Source: Macrostomum hystrix (lineage: Eukaryota > Animalia > Platyhelminthes). From it: a stretch of 64,000 bases of DNA. The notes beneath the pieces were generated by a model. That model saw only the letters and a program-made list of their open reading frames with translations, made no database searches and was not told the origin of the DNA. The DNA is taken from NCBI GenBank assembly GCA_950097015.1, contig CATNEN010000002.1:1364001-1428000 (forward strand). The letters are read 5' to 3'. The translations under genes were made by a program, and so were the position numbers. This document shows positions 32,501-44,900 of the stretch, one piece after another (the stretch's first letter is position 1; every line of letters starts with the position of its first letter).

Positions 32501-33241
32501 TCTTAGCCGACAGATTCTAGTAGATGTGTTTTTTTATCAAGGTGTTGTAGCTTAGGAGTTAGAGCGTCGGACTCACAACTTCAAGGTCAGGGGTTCGATT
32601 CCCAAGTCTATTATGACAGCAAAAAGTACGATATAAAGCTAAAAATGGTGATCGATTAATAATAATAATATGTACGAATAAAAAAAAGCTTGACCAAAAT
32701 CTAGGAAGCAAAGACACAGAGAGACTGCGAATTACATCAACAGATAAGCACTTAATCCACCACCAATCACAGTCACTAAATTTGTGCATATAAAAAGAAA
32801 ACGTTCTATATCTAGCAAAAAACGAGTCTCCTAAACTTTTTCTAAGAAAAGAAATTTAAATTTTTAAGTTTTAATTTAATTTTAAGGGAAATCGAATTTC
32901 TTTATTTCGTCAAGCAAAAATTATCGCTTGTTTCGTTTTTCATTTTTCTTTAGATTTCCAACGATGCCCAAACGGCCGGCCATCTGAGCGAAGCCATCAG
33001 CCTTCTAAAGTCCAACTGTGCTCAAACTGTAGTTGAGAACAGTCACCGCTACAACCTGGCGTTGGTGTACACACTAGATGGAAACTTGAGCTCTGCTTGG
33101 CACTTTCTCAAACTGGCCTCAGCTGGAGTAGCAAAACAAATGCCAGATCGACTAAGGTTGCTGCGAGCCTACTTAGTCTTTGCTCAGAAACGCCAGGATT
33201 TTGTTGCTAGGGCGTTGCGATGCGCCGAACCGATCAAATAG
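26562..33241 (+). CDS. CNOT10: CCR4-NOT complex subunit 10 (exons 26562-26969, 27233-27745, 28743-29149, 29748-30114, 32043-32264, 32954-33241; ~734 aa)
   Basis: TPR-like helices with ARNNLACVCMRLGKYNLANQY, HELMLNLGLALL, AFDCILE..NPRLWLRLAECC, AAYSALRLCD, SYLAQAL and YNLALVY. All six exons join in phase through GT-AG sites. Confidence 0.92.
27829..28442. mobile_element. MITE-like element with degenerate terminal inverted repeats in CNOT10 intron 2
   Basis: AACAGTAGAACTACCA...CCCCCCCTGACAATTTTTTTGC on the left mirrors GCAAAAACATTTTCAGGGGGGG...TGGTAGTCCTACTGTT on the right. Confidence 0.6.
28472..28735 (+). mobile_element. tRNA-derived SINE related to family A
   Basis: A-box-like TGGCAAAGCGG, B-box-like GCTCGATATC, shared core GTACACTGCTTGACAAT (28572-28588), and an (ATCATT)n tail. 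Confidence 0.65.
29420..29630 (-). mobile_element. CORE-type SINE remnant
   Basis: The minus strand has a tRNA-like head with GAGTTCGAATCCC, then CTTTGAGTGCAAGAC...GCTTCAGTTTACCCAGTCGTAAAATGG, resembling the MIR/CORE consensus (CCTTGGGCAAGTC...GCCTCAGTTTCCTCATCTGTAAAATGG). Confidence 0.6.
30392..31702. repeat. 62-bp minisatellite in CNOT10 intron 4
   Basis: Unit TTCATTTATCATTAGGGACATAGATTGGGTTCATTCATTATTGGGATCATAAGAAGATTGAG, ~21 copies. Confidence 0.96.
31703..31915 (+). mobile_element. 5'-truncated SINE family A copy
   Basis: Homologous to 10945-11172 with an (ATT)n tail; fused directly to the 62-bp array at GGG. Confidence 0.7.
32541..32605 (+). pseudogene. tRNA-like fragment or SINE head
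   Basis: A-box-like TAGCTTAGGAGTT and B box GGTTCGATTCC, but no pairing acceptor or anticodon stem. Confidence 0.5.
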
Positions 33242-33924
33242 GCTTCGAGGTCGCAGTTTTTCTTCTACGGGTTTTTTCTGTGAAGAAGTGATGCCAATAA
33301 GTGTGAAACTTTTCCCAACCAGTTCCTTTGTTCTCTTTGTCTTGTTTATTTAGTTTTTTTAACTTTTCGATCATCTTTTTTAAATACCACCGGCCTCTTC
33401 TAGCAGATAAGTTATTGCCTGACAGAAGTCAGTAGGTATAGAGTAAGATATTGCGATTTAGTTGATAAAAATACTGTTGGCATTGCGGGATTTTGTTGCT
33501 AAAAATGGAACAATAGTAATTTCGGAATTCCGATGCTGAAAATAGAACAAAGGACTGTCTGGATTCTGTTGCTAAAAGTATTTAAAGCTTCAAGTGTTTT
33601 GCCATTGCTGCAACTAGAAGCAACAATGGTTCTTTACTGCCCATTCTTAGCCCGTCATTTTTAGCAAAATATATATTTGCTCACTTGTACTTCTATTTTG
33701 CTTTCCTTTCATTGTTTGTTCAAGCCCGTTTACTAGCATTTTTTCTTGCAGTGTACTTTTTTATAACTGTCGGAAACGAGTTCAGTGTTGTATTTTATTT
33801 CTTGTTTTATTGGCTGCGGTCGGGTGTGGGCTCAGATATAATACTATAATACTATAATCATAGTTTTATTTATTTGATCATGATTTAATTTTCACCCAAA
33901 AACTTAGCTACACTACACCCCACC

Positions 33925-34555
33925 GCAACCTCAAACCCTCAATGTATATTTCTTGTTCCTCACCCTCAGAACCTCCAACCCTCAATGTACATTTCTTGTT
34001 CCTCACCCCCAGAACCTCAAACCCTCAATGTACATTCCTTGTTCCTCACCCTCAGAACCTCAAACCCTCAATGTACATTTCTTGTTCCTCACCCTCAGAA
34101 CCTCAAACCCTCAATGTACATTCCTTGTTCCTCACCCTCAGAACCTCAAACCCTCAATGTACATTCCTTGTTCCTCACCCTCAGAACCTCCAACCCTCAA
34201 TGTACATTCCTTGTTCCTCACCCTCAGAACCTCCAACCCTCAATGTACATTCCTTGTTCCTCACCCTCAGAACCTCAAACCCTCAATGTACATTCCTTGT
34301 TCCTCACCCTCAGAACCTCCAACCCTCAATGTACATTCCTTGTTCCTCACCCTCAGAACCTCCAACCCTCAATGTACATTCCTTGTTCCTCACCCTCAGA
34401 ACCTCAAACCCTCAATGTACATTCCTTGTTCCTCACCCTCAGAACCTCAAACCCTCAATGTACATTCCTTGTTCCTCACCCTCAGAACCTCCAACCCTCA
34501 ATGTACATTCCTTGTTCCTCACCCTCAGAACCTCAAACCCTCAATGTACATTACC
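33925..34555. repeat. 43-bp minisatellite
   Basis: Unit AACCCTCAATGTACATTCCTTGTTCCTCACCCTCAGAACCTCA, ~14 copies. Confidence 0.95.
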
Positions 34556-34914
34556 CACCTTTAGAATATTAGGGCCTAATATGAGATGATACTGTACATA
34601 GCTGTTGGATGGTTTCGTCAACAATAAGTCAAAGATTTGCTGCATGATCACACAGTTTAGGCAATTTTTCTATTAAAAACGGGACAATTTTCTTGTTATC
34701 GTGCATTTTGTCTACAGTCACTTTTTTATTATTTGCCTTTTTGTTTTTTGTTATAAGTTTTGTGTTTTCTGCCAACCAACTAAATAAAATTCTATAAAAA
34801 ACAGTTTTCCTGTTTTTTTCTAGTTTCGTTACTTGATCAATTTAATTTGATGCCCTGTAGCACTGCTAAACTCATGACATACGATGCCCAATTTTTCATC
34901 CCATCAGTAACAAC

Positions 34915-35345
34915 TATGTCCTGAATGTACCATCGCCCATACTTATCGCATCAGGCCTCCCCAATCCCCTGAATATACACACGTTCATACTTATCCCTAA
35001 ATGTACACTCGTTCATACTTATCCCATATGGCATCCCCAATCCCCTGAATGTACGCTCGCCCATAATTAACGCATCAGGCCTTCCCAATCCCCTGAATGT
35101 ACGCTCGCCCATAATTAACGCATCAGGCCTTCCCAATCCCCTGAATGTACACTCGCCCATACTTATCGCATCAGGCCTCCCCAATCCCCTGAATGTACGC
35201 TCGCCCATAATTAACGCATCAGGCCTTCCCAATCCCCTGAATGTACGCTCGCCCATAATTATCGCATCAGGCCTTCCCAATCCCCTGAATGTACACTCGC
35301 CCATACTTATCCCATCAGGCCTCCCTAATCCCCTGACTGTACATT
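34915..35345. repeat. 48-bp minisatellite
   Basis: Unit TCCCCTGAATGTACGCTCGCCCATAATTAACGCATCAGGCCTTCCCAA, ~8 copies. Confidence 0.92.
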
Positions 35346-35467
35346 GTAAACAAATAGACAGCATTTTTATATTATCAAATCAAATAGAGTTTAATATTAT
35401 AACATTGAATATATATATTTAATATTAATCATATACTTTTTTCAGCACGCAAGATCGTTGCTCTGCA

Positions 35468-36664
35468 ATGAATAGTTGGTGCAAGTCTGATGCACTCTTC
35501 GATATTGTTGATTCCTCGGCCTGCTTAGAGCAGCAGAAACTGGAGACATCAGAAGACCTTGCTGCTATTGCTTCTATAGAGGTTTGTGGCGTTGTACTTC
35601 GCCATTTTCAAAGCTGGGGTACTTCAGATGTAGGTTAGATAGTATCCATGAGTACATAGTATATTTGGAGTTGAATATTGCATCTAGATTTAATCAAATG
35701 AGGATACATCAGTGGGTAGGTGTAATAAGGTGAGATTATATCAATACGTAGATGTAATCAGGTGAGGATAGATCATTGATTATATTAATTAGACGTAATC
35801 AGGCGAGAATTTATTAATGAGTATATTGAGTAGGTGTAATCAAGTGAGGATTTACCGGAGAGTAGATTGAGTAGATGTAATCAGGTGAGAATAGATTAAT
35901 ACGTAGATTAAGTAGATGTAATCAGGTGAGAATAGATGAGTTGACTTGCATTGCAGGCTCCAGAGGCTGCCAGTGCAGCTACAGAGCCTCGTTCTCTCTC
36001 TCGTCCAGCCAATCAGCGAGAGGAACTGGCATCGAGAGCTTCGTCGGCTAGACGACCGCGTAACGCCAACAGGAGCCGTAAAAGCTCAGACTCGATCGAC
36101 GTCGTCTACCTGTGCCTGGCTAAGAATGATAACGTCGAGGAAGACGTGGAAACTGCGGATCAGGTCCAGCTGATGATCTCTCTGCATTGCCGTTCAGGCA
36201 GCCTACACCAGTTATCGTTTAGTCTGTCCAACTTGTTTGACATCAGCGCCAAAGGCAGCCAACTGGAGCTGCAGCTACCGCAGGCGAAATCATCCGCTAT
36301 CGCTGATTTCAGCGTGGCCTGCGTCGAATGTCGCCTAGAATTCAATCGCGCCGATGCGGCTGTTGCTCATTTTCGCCGGCCAAACCTCTCTGGCAGTTCT
36401 CATCAACGCTACAAAGTGTTACTACTGTGCGGCTATGCCAATTGTAGGCTACTGTTTACTAACTATTCAGCTAGGACTTTGCACAGGCTGCGAGTGCACG
36501 GCTCAGCGACTGGCCTAGCTACCCAGTCTAGAGGATTGACCACTTTCTTAGCTGGACCAAATGATCGACTCTATCATCTCTATGATAGGCAGCTGGTTGA
36601 CTGCGGCCCGTTCGTTGTGACTGGCAAACGAATTTACGAATTGCCCGAACCTGTTGTTGTCTAA
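35468..36664 (+). CDS. Uncharacterised protein with two C2H2-like zinc fingers (exon 1 35468-35581 or -35629; exon 2 35957-36664)
   Basis: Acceptor ttttttcag 22 nt before the ATG; two phase-0 donor options; acceptor cattgcag at 35956. Motifs CVECRLEF..AAVAHF and CGYANCRLLF....RTLHRLRVH. Confidence 0.6.
35690..35940. repeat. Degenerate ~41-bp repeat in the zinc-finger gene intron
   Basis: Recurrent GATGTAATCAGGTGAG..TAGATT. Confidence 0.7.
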
Positions 36665-37248
36665 ACCAGCGGAGTGTGCCACATTATGTAGTGAATTTGT
36701 TGACTTTGCACTACTTATAGACTCGGGTCTAGTAGGATAGTATGAGTTTTTATGCTTGCGTTGTTTTTTTAATAACGATTTAATAGAAGATTAACGTTCC
36801 TGTTTTACAAATTATATTCGCAGCATTTCTTTCCTAAAAAGTTGTGGTAATAGATGGCATTTTAAAAGACTTATTTTATGCTTCATAACCCTTTTCGAAA
36901 AACCTTTCTTTTCGTCAAGATAATAGCCGCCGATTGTGTGCGTGCATTTTCATATTCCTGCTGTACTACTTGCTTAGGTTTTCTAGTAAGTACTCAGTAG
37001 GAGTTTTGAGTTCTTTTTATCGTTTTAGCTTGAAATGTTTAGAGATCGCTAACCAGAGAGAACCTACTATTTTTTTAAGAAATATATTTGATATAATCTA
37101 ATAAGTTAATATAAAATGTGTCACTTGTTGGTTTTTTAGCTTTGACTGATCCTAATATTCTAGAATTCCTGGAACAAACTAGGAATATAGGACAACATAG
37201 TACTCTTGAGACTTGAAATTTATAGACTGCACACACTACTCACCTCAG

Positions 37249-40200
37249 CAACTCAAGCGGACCATAGACACTGTCCTGGAGGCTGACAGTGTTGAGTACC
37301 GGCCTTCTAAGGGCAATGACCCAAGTCTGCTGGTGTGCGCCTGCTACAAGTTTGACGAGTCTGTAAGACATCTATTATCTTCACGTGTAGGATATTGTGT
37401 CGCGTACGGATACAGGGAAATAGCATTGGGATAAAGCAAAATGACATTGGAATGAAGGGTATGACATTGCAATGAGGGGTATGACATTAGAATGAGGGGT
37501 ATGACATTAGAATGAGGGGTATGACATTGCAATGAAGGGTATGACATTGCAATGAAGGGTATGACATTAGAATGAGGGGTATGACATTGCAATGAAGGGT
37601 ATGACATTGCAATGAGGGGTATGACATTAGAATGAGGGGTATGACATTGCAATGAAGGGTATGACATTGCAATGAGGGGTATGACATTAGAATGAGGGGT
37701 ATGACATTGCAATGAAGGGTGTGACATTGCAATGAGGGGTATGACATTAGAATGAGGGGTATGACATTGCAATGAAGGGTATGACATTAGAATGAAGGGT
37801 ATGACATTAGAATGAGGTGTATGACATTGCAATGAAGGGTATGACATTGCAATGAAGGGTATGACATTAGAATGAGGGGTATGGCATTAGAATGAAGGGT
37901 ATGACATAGCAATGAAGGGTATGACATTAGAATGAGGGGTATGACATTGCAATGAAGGGTATGACATTAGAATGAAGGGTATGACATTGCAATGAAGGGT
38001 ATGACATTGCAATGAAGGGTATGACATTGCAATGAAGGGTATGACATTGCAATGAAGGGTATGACATTGCAATGAAGGGTATGACATTTCAATGAAGGGT
38101 ATGACATTAGAATGAAGGGTATGACATTGCAATGAAAGGTATGACATTGCAATGAAGGGTATGACATTGCAATGAAGGGTATGACATTGGAATGAAGGGT
38201 ATGACATTGCAATGAAGGGTATGACATTGCAATGAAGGGTATGACATTAGAATGAGGGGTATGGCATTAGAATGAAGGGTATGACATTGCAATGAAGGGT
38301 ATGACATTGCAATGAGGGGTATGACATTGCAATGAAGGGTATGACATTAGAATGAAGGGTATGACATTGCAATGAAGGGTATGACATTGCAATGAAGGGT
38401 ATGACATTGCAATGAAGGGTATGACATTAGAATGAAGGGTATGACATTGCAATGAAGGGTATGACATTGCAATGAAGGGTATGACATTGCAATGAAGGGT
38501 ATGACATTGCAATGAAGGGTATGACATTGGAATGAAGGGTATGACATTGCAATGAAGGGTATGACATTGCAATGAAGGGTATGACATTAGAATCAAGGGT
38601 ATGACATTGCAATGAAGGGTATGACATTGCAATGAAGGGTATGACATTAGAATGAAGGGTATGACATTGCAATGAAAGGTATGACATTGCAATGAAGGGT
38701 ATGACATTGCAATGAAGGGTATGACATTGGAATGAAGGGTATGACATTGCAATGAAGGGTATGACATTGCAATGAAGGGTATGACATTAGAATGAGGGGT
38801 ATGGCATTAGAATGAAGGGTATGACATTGCAATGAAGGGTATGACATTGCAATGAGGGGTATGACATTGCAATGAAGGGTATGACATTAGAATGAAGGGT
38901 ATGACATTGCAATGAAGGGTATGACATTGCAATGAAGGGTATGACATTGCAATGAAGGGTATGACATTAGAATGAAGGGTATGACATTGCAATGAAGGGT
39001 ATGACATTGCAATGAAGGGTATGACATTGCAATGAAGGGTATGACATTGCAATGAAGGGTATGACATTGGAATGAAGGGTATGACATTGCAATGAAGGGT
39101 ATGACATTGCAATGAAGGGTATGACATTAGAATCAAGGGTATGACATTGCAATGAAGGGTATGACATCGCAATAAAGGGTATGACATTAGAATGAAGGGT
39201 ATGACATTGCAATGAAGGGTATGACATTGCAATGAAGGGTATGGCATTAGAATGAAGGGTATGACATTGCAATGAAGGGTATGGCATTAGAATGAAGGGT
39301 ATGACATTGCAATGAGGGGTATGACATTGCAATGAAGGGTATGAAATCGCACGCGCTTGAATCAGAAATTATTCGCTAAAGTGCGCAGCGTGAAAATGGT
39401 GTTTCTATTGTTAGCCAGCCAATCGTTCGATTTGAAAAAATTTTTAGTCCAAAACTCGAATCGGCCGGCTGCACCTCGTGGTGGACGGTGAGAACCAGCC
39501 TGAGGTCACAAGCTGCGAAAGCTTTTTTGGTGGCGTTTTGGACCTCAGCTGGTCTGGAAAGTCTAGCCAGCTGTGGACAGCGAACTCCGATGGCAGCCTA
39601 GCCCAGTACGATGTCGAAAAAGATAAACTCAAGCTAAACACTTTAGTTCCATCGCCTGTTGCACCTTCAGCACAAACTAACACAAGCGCAGGCTGCGTTG
39701 CTCTGTCAGTCAACTGCTTTGCGGACAGGTGAGTCCGAGAGCTGAGTACACTGAATCTTCAACTGTAATCCCTGAATCTTCAACTGTAATCCCTGAATCT
39801 TCAACTGTAATCCCTGAATCTTCAACTGTAATCCCTGAATCTTCAACTGTAATCCCTGAATCTTCAACTGTAATCCCTGAATCTTCAACTGTAATCCCTG
39901 AATCTTCAACTGTAATCCCTGAATCTTCAACTGTAATCCCTGAATCTTCAACTGTAATCCCTGAATCTTCAACTGTAATGCCTGAATCTTCAACTGTAAT
40001 GCCTGAATCTTCAACTGTAATCCCTTAATCTTCAACTGTAATACCTTAATCTTCAACTGTAATCCCTGAATCTTCAACTGTAATCCCTGAATCTTCAACT
40101 GTAATCCCTGAATCTTCACATGTGATCCCTGAATCTTCCAGTGTGAGCCCTGAATCTCCAGTGTGATCCCTGAATCTTCAGTGTGAGCCCTGAATCTTCA

Positions 40201-41445
40201 GTGTGAGCCCTGAATCTTCAGTGTGACAGTCTTCTAAATACCTAATATCCTTGCCTTTTACGTTTACCTATGGCAGACTGGCTGCAAGCTACTCCAACGG
40301 TATGTGCGCTCTGGTCGACTCAGCTGTGTTGCAGAAGATGAAGAAGAAGAATTTGCATAAGTTCTTAAGCGGTAGATTCTGGTGCGCACACGCAATAGAA
40401 GCCTGGGTCTGCCAGCCTAGTCGATGGTCCGATCAAATGGCGCTTAGCGGCGGCGATGACTGCCTTTTGAAGCTGTGGGATCGGCGGAGGCAACATGCCA
40501 GCCACTCTCTAAGGTGAGCTTTTGCCGAGCCAGTCACGTGACTCGAATGCAGCGTTAATGAGCTGTTTACAATGTGCCTGTGTTTTTTTCATAACTAACT
40601 ATTCTAAAACTATTCCAGGCACGACGCGGGTGTTACCATAGTTACTGAACATCCTAAAATGTGTAATATATTTCTGTCCGGAAGGTAAATTAAAATATCT
40701 ACCTGACCAGCCCTAACCTACCCAATCTACCCTAACCTACCCTATCCAACAGAACCTACCCAATTTACCCTAACCTACCCAATCTACCCTAACCTACCAA
40801 ATCTACCCTAACCTACCAAATCTACCCTAACCTACCCAATCTACCCTAACCTACCCAATCTACCCTAACCTACCCAATCTACCCTAACCTACCAAATCTA
40901 CCATAACCGCAGCTACGACGAACTCATCCGTGTGTGGGACACTCGCCGCCTGTCCCATCCTATCCATTCGATGAACATCGGCGGCGGTGTTTGGCGTCTT
41001 AAATGGTCGGCCTGCTGCAAGCGACTGCTCTGCGCCGCTATGTACAACGGCTTCAAGGTGCTAGATTTCACGGAATGTGAGTCTCGTTTGCTGTATTTGC
41101 TATATTCTACTCATTAATCTTCACCCTACTCATCAATCTGCACCCTACTCATCAGTCAGTCACGTGGGTTTATGTCTCCGCCTTCCAGTCAGCGGCCTGA
41201 CCTTACTAGAAGAGTTCTGGGCCCCACACAACAGCATCGCTTATGGCGCAGACTGGATCCCGATTCCTGTGGAAACCGTAACCGAAGTCAAAACCGAAGT
41301 CAAAACCGAATGCGAAGCCGAAGCCGAACATGAACCCGAACCCGAAATCGAACCCGAAACCGATGTTGATTATCTGGTTGCCACCTGCTCGTTTTACGAT
41401 CACAAGCTGTGCACGTGGCGTACTGATCTTAACTATAACCCTTGA
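37249..41445 (+). CDS. DPH7: WD40 diphthamide biosynthesis protein DPH7/WDR85 (exons 37249-37362, 39448-39728, 40277-40513, 40619-40684, 40913-41076, 41189-41445; ~372 aa, no genomic ATG)
   Basis: DTVLEADSVEY, LLVCACY, RIGRLHL, GGVLDLSW, AHAIEAW, LSGGDDCLLKLWD, HDAGVT, SGSYDELIRVWDTR, GGGVWRLKW, AAMYNGF, HNSIAYGADW, LVATCSFYDH. Exon phases are consistent (1119 nt in total). Confidence 0.92.
37440..39345. repeat. 20-bp minisatellite in DPH7 intron 1
   Basis: Unit ATGACATTGCAATGAAGGGT, ~95 copies, with the internal palindrome CATTGCAATG. Confidence 0.97.
39750..40226. repeat. 21-bp minisatellite (20-bp variant at the 3' end) in DPH7 intron 2
   Basis: CTGAATCTTCAACTGTAATCC, then CTGAATCTTCAGTGTGAGCC. 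Confidence 0.96.
40710..40905. repeat. 19-bp minisatellite in DPH7 intron 4
   Basis: Unit TAACCTACCCAATCTACCC. Confidence 0.9.
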
Positions 41446-41992
41446 GTTGACTGTAGCTACTTTTACATAAAAAGTAGATCGAGTAGTGTTGAGATAAGAT
41501 TGGGTAGCTGGTCTCCTTCTTGATTTTCAGTACCTTCCCAAGAAAATGTTTTCTTCTAGCCAGGGTGAGATTTAGCATTCGTAACTTGTATTTGATCTTT
41601 AAAAAGTATAACAAATCAAAAATAAAAAACACTTTTACTTAACAACAGAATTTCATTTCGCAGTATTTGTTTTTACTAGTAAAATAAAAATAAAAATTGA
41701 AATAAACTTAGCTGACAATCTACTTATGAATTGGCGAAATAAGTAGTATCCAGAGAAATTGCTTATAAAAATATATCTCTCTGTTATCCTGTCAGCGTTT
41801 TTATTATTCATGAAAAATAAATTCTGAAATTCTTGAATATCAGTTTGTACAAAAAATATTTTCGTGACAACTTGGCAAATAGTTCTTTATTAGATTCAGT
41901 GACATGCTGTCAGTCTAAAGAAAAATATTCATTAGCGATCAGTAAGTCTTGCTCATCTGCTCATGAACATGTACTAAATCAAACATGCCTCA

Positions 41993-44900
41993 CTAGTTCT
42001 CCCGTCTTGACCTCTCGAAGTACATGAAATCCTGCGTGGGGATTGAAAAAAAAGACAAACGTACTTTTAGAATAAAATATTTAAGCTTTAGCTGTATTCC
42101 AAAGGGCTAGGAAATCTCATCACATTAGCCTTCGAGATAATCGTTAGGAAATCCCTAAAATGAATTATCTCAATAGTCTTTGGGAAATCCCTAAAAATGT
42201 ATCACCAGGACAATCTTTGAAAAATCCCTGAAAATGAATCATCAGGACAATCTTTAGGAAATCCCTAAAAGTGAATCATCAGGACAATCTTTAGGAAATC
42301 AGTAAAAGTGAATCATCACGACAATCTTTAGGAAATCCCTAAAAATAAATCATCAGGACAATCTTTAGGAAATCCCTAAAAGTGAATCATCAGGACAATC
42401 TTTAGGAAATCAGTAAAAGTGAATCATCACGACAATCTTTAGGAAATCCCTAAAAATAAATCATCAGGACAATCTTTAGGAAATCCCTAAAAGTGAATCA
42501 TCAGGACAATCTTTAGGAAATCAGTAAAAATGAATCATCACGACAATCTTTAGGAAATCCCTAAAAATGTATCATCAGGACAATCATTAGGAAATCCCTA
42601 AAAGTGAATCATCAGGACAATCTTTAGGAAATCCCTAAAAGTGAATCATCAGGACAATCTTTAGGAAATCCCTAAAAATGTATCATCAGGACAATCTTTA
42701 GGAAATCGCTAAAAATGAATCATCAGGACAATCTTTAGGAAATCCCTAAAAATGAATCATCAGGACAATCTTTAGGAAATCCCTAAAAATGTATCATCAG
42801 GACAATCTTTAGGAAATGCCTAAAAATGAATCATCAGGACAATCTTTAGGAAATCCCTAAAAATGTATCATCAGGACAATCTTTAGGAAATCCGTAAAAA
42901 TGAATCATCAGGACAATCTTTAGGAAATCCCTAAAAATGTAACGTCAGGATAATCCTTGGAAAATCCCTAAAAGTGAATCATCTGGATAATATTTGGGAA
43001 ATCCTCAAAAATGAATCATCTGGATAATTTTAAGGAAATCCCTTACCATGGGAAAATTGTGTGAAAAATCATTAAAAATTGCCATCAGGAAAATGTTGGG
43101 GAATTCCCAGCGCTCTTTCAAACAGGGATTGACTTTCGGAGCTCCGGTCGCTTTATCCAACGTGGATATTCTCAAATAATTCCCATTTCTCTAGCAGAGC
43201 AATCAGTTTCATGGTGCGAGCGTACTTATAGTAAAAATGCATTTTTACTCACAATCAGGAAGCAGGCTCCAATGACGGTTGCCTTGATGTCCACGTGCAG
43301 ATCCATCGGAAATGTGATGCCGAAATTGTCAGCGTCCGTGAAATACTCCTGCAAGAGGTTGGACCACTTCTTGGACACCCGACCAATCTCGTGGTCTCCG
43401 TCCTTCGTGAACAGCTGCAGTGAGCGATTCGAGTTGAGTGAGGATTACACTGTATTCTATTATGATTCAGGCAGCTGGACGTCGAGGATTATTGTAAATT
43501 GGGGTCAAAAAGTACGTGCGATATCTGATTTAGCTATAAGATATCATCTCGATCAGATAGTTGGGATCTTATTGGGGATCAGATGGGTGTTATTTCGGAT
43601 GGGGATTAGATTTGTAGGATCTTGGATGGGATTTAGTTGACTGGGATCTCGGTTGGGGATCAGATGGGTCGGATTTTATTGGGGATCAGATGGGTATTTC
43701 GCATGGGGATTAGATGGGTGGGATCTCGGATGGGATTTAGTTGACTGGGATCTCAGATGGGGATCAGATGGGTGGGATCTCGGTTGGGGATCAGATGGGT
43801 GGGATCTCAGATGGGGATCAGATGGGTGAGATCTCATCTCAGATGCCTCACCACAAACGGGATGTCGTCTCCAGGGCAGTAGCAGCGGCAGTAGCACGGA
43901 CCCCTTATGAGCAGAACAGTGTTGCCCTGGCTATCCTTAATTAAGTATTTAGCCGAGCAGCCGTCGTACACCTGCTTCACCTGACCGACCACTCGACCTG
44001 GCGGAGCCTCCACCGTGACCTTGTCCAGGCAGCACTTTGAGCAGGAGAAGCACTGGCCGTAGCACATGCACTTGTAGGGCCGGCTGATGTGGATGACCTC
44101 TCGGTTTGTGTTGTCCAACAACGACATCTCGAATTTCCGCTGGGCGCCGCAACACTGACGCTGGAATGTACTGGAGTCTGCGATGTGGGGGAGTGAGGAT
44201 GAGACAGGGTGAGACTGAGACTTGGTGAGATTAACACACGGTGAAACTGAGACTGGGTGAGATTGACACAGGGTGAGACTGAGACAGGGTGAGACTGAGA
44301 CTGGGTGTAATTGACACAGGGTGAGACTGTGAGACTGAGTCAAGGTGAGATTGAGTCAAGGTGAGACTGAGTCAAGCTGAGATTGAGTCAAGGTGAGACT
44401 GAGTCAAGCTGAGATTGAGTCAAGGTGAGACTGAGTCAAGCTGCGACTGAGTCAAGCTGAGATTGAGTCAAGGTGAGACTGAGTCAAGCTGAGATTGAGT
44501 CAGGGTGAGACTGAGTCAAGCTGAGATTGAGTCAAGGTGAGACTGAGTCAAGCTGAGATTGAGTCAAGGTGAGACTGAGTCAAGCTGCGACTGAGTCAAG
44601 CTGAGATTGAGTCAAGGTGAGACTGAGTCAAGCTGAGATTGAGTCAAGGTGAGACTGAGACGGGGTGATACTGAGACGGTGCGATACAAACGGGGAGAGA
44701 CGCAGTTAAGGTGGGACTGACACCATTTAGGCGCCAAGTGGGCGCGCGATCATTTAGTCGTGTTAGCTGTAGGCCCTGAGTTATATCGTAGTGTGCGTGG
44801 AGTTGCGAGCGATTAATGTACATCTGCACCCATCGGCCGCACGTTGCATGTTCATCACCAAATATCAAATATAATCGATTGCTCAGAGCCTACTTCGCTT

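Noticed and set aside
32541-32605. Functional tRNA-Val(CAC) gene
   Set aside because: A and B boxes are present, but the acceptor and anticodon stems do not pair.
37344-39332. Many MSYPSLQCHTLH ORFs and other repeat ORFs (3261-3653, 5794-6073, 33942-34589, 34951-35364)
   Set aside because: By-products of tandem arrays, with no independent sign of coding.
42140-43060. Hammerhead ribozyme in the 37-bp array (CTGATGA on the minus strand)
   Set aside because: The required GAAA is on the opposite strand, and stems I-III cannot be formed.
430-44665. Rule that intronic arrays avoid AG or are C-rich on the sense strand
   Set aside because: True for the ADSS array but contradicted by several others.
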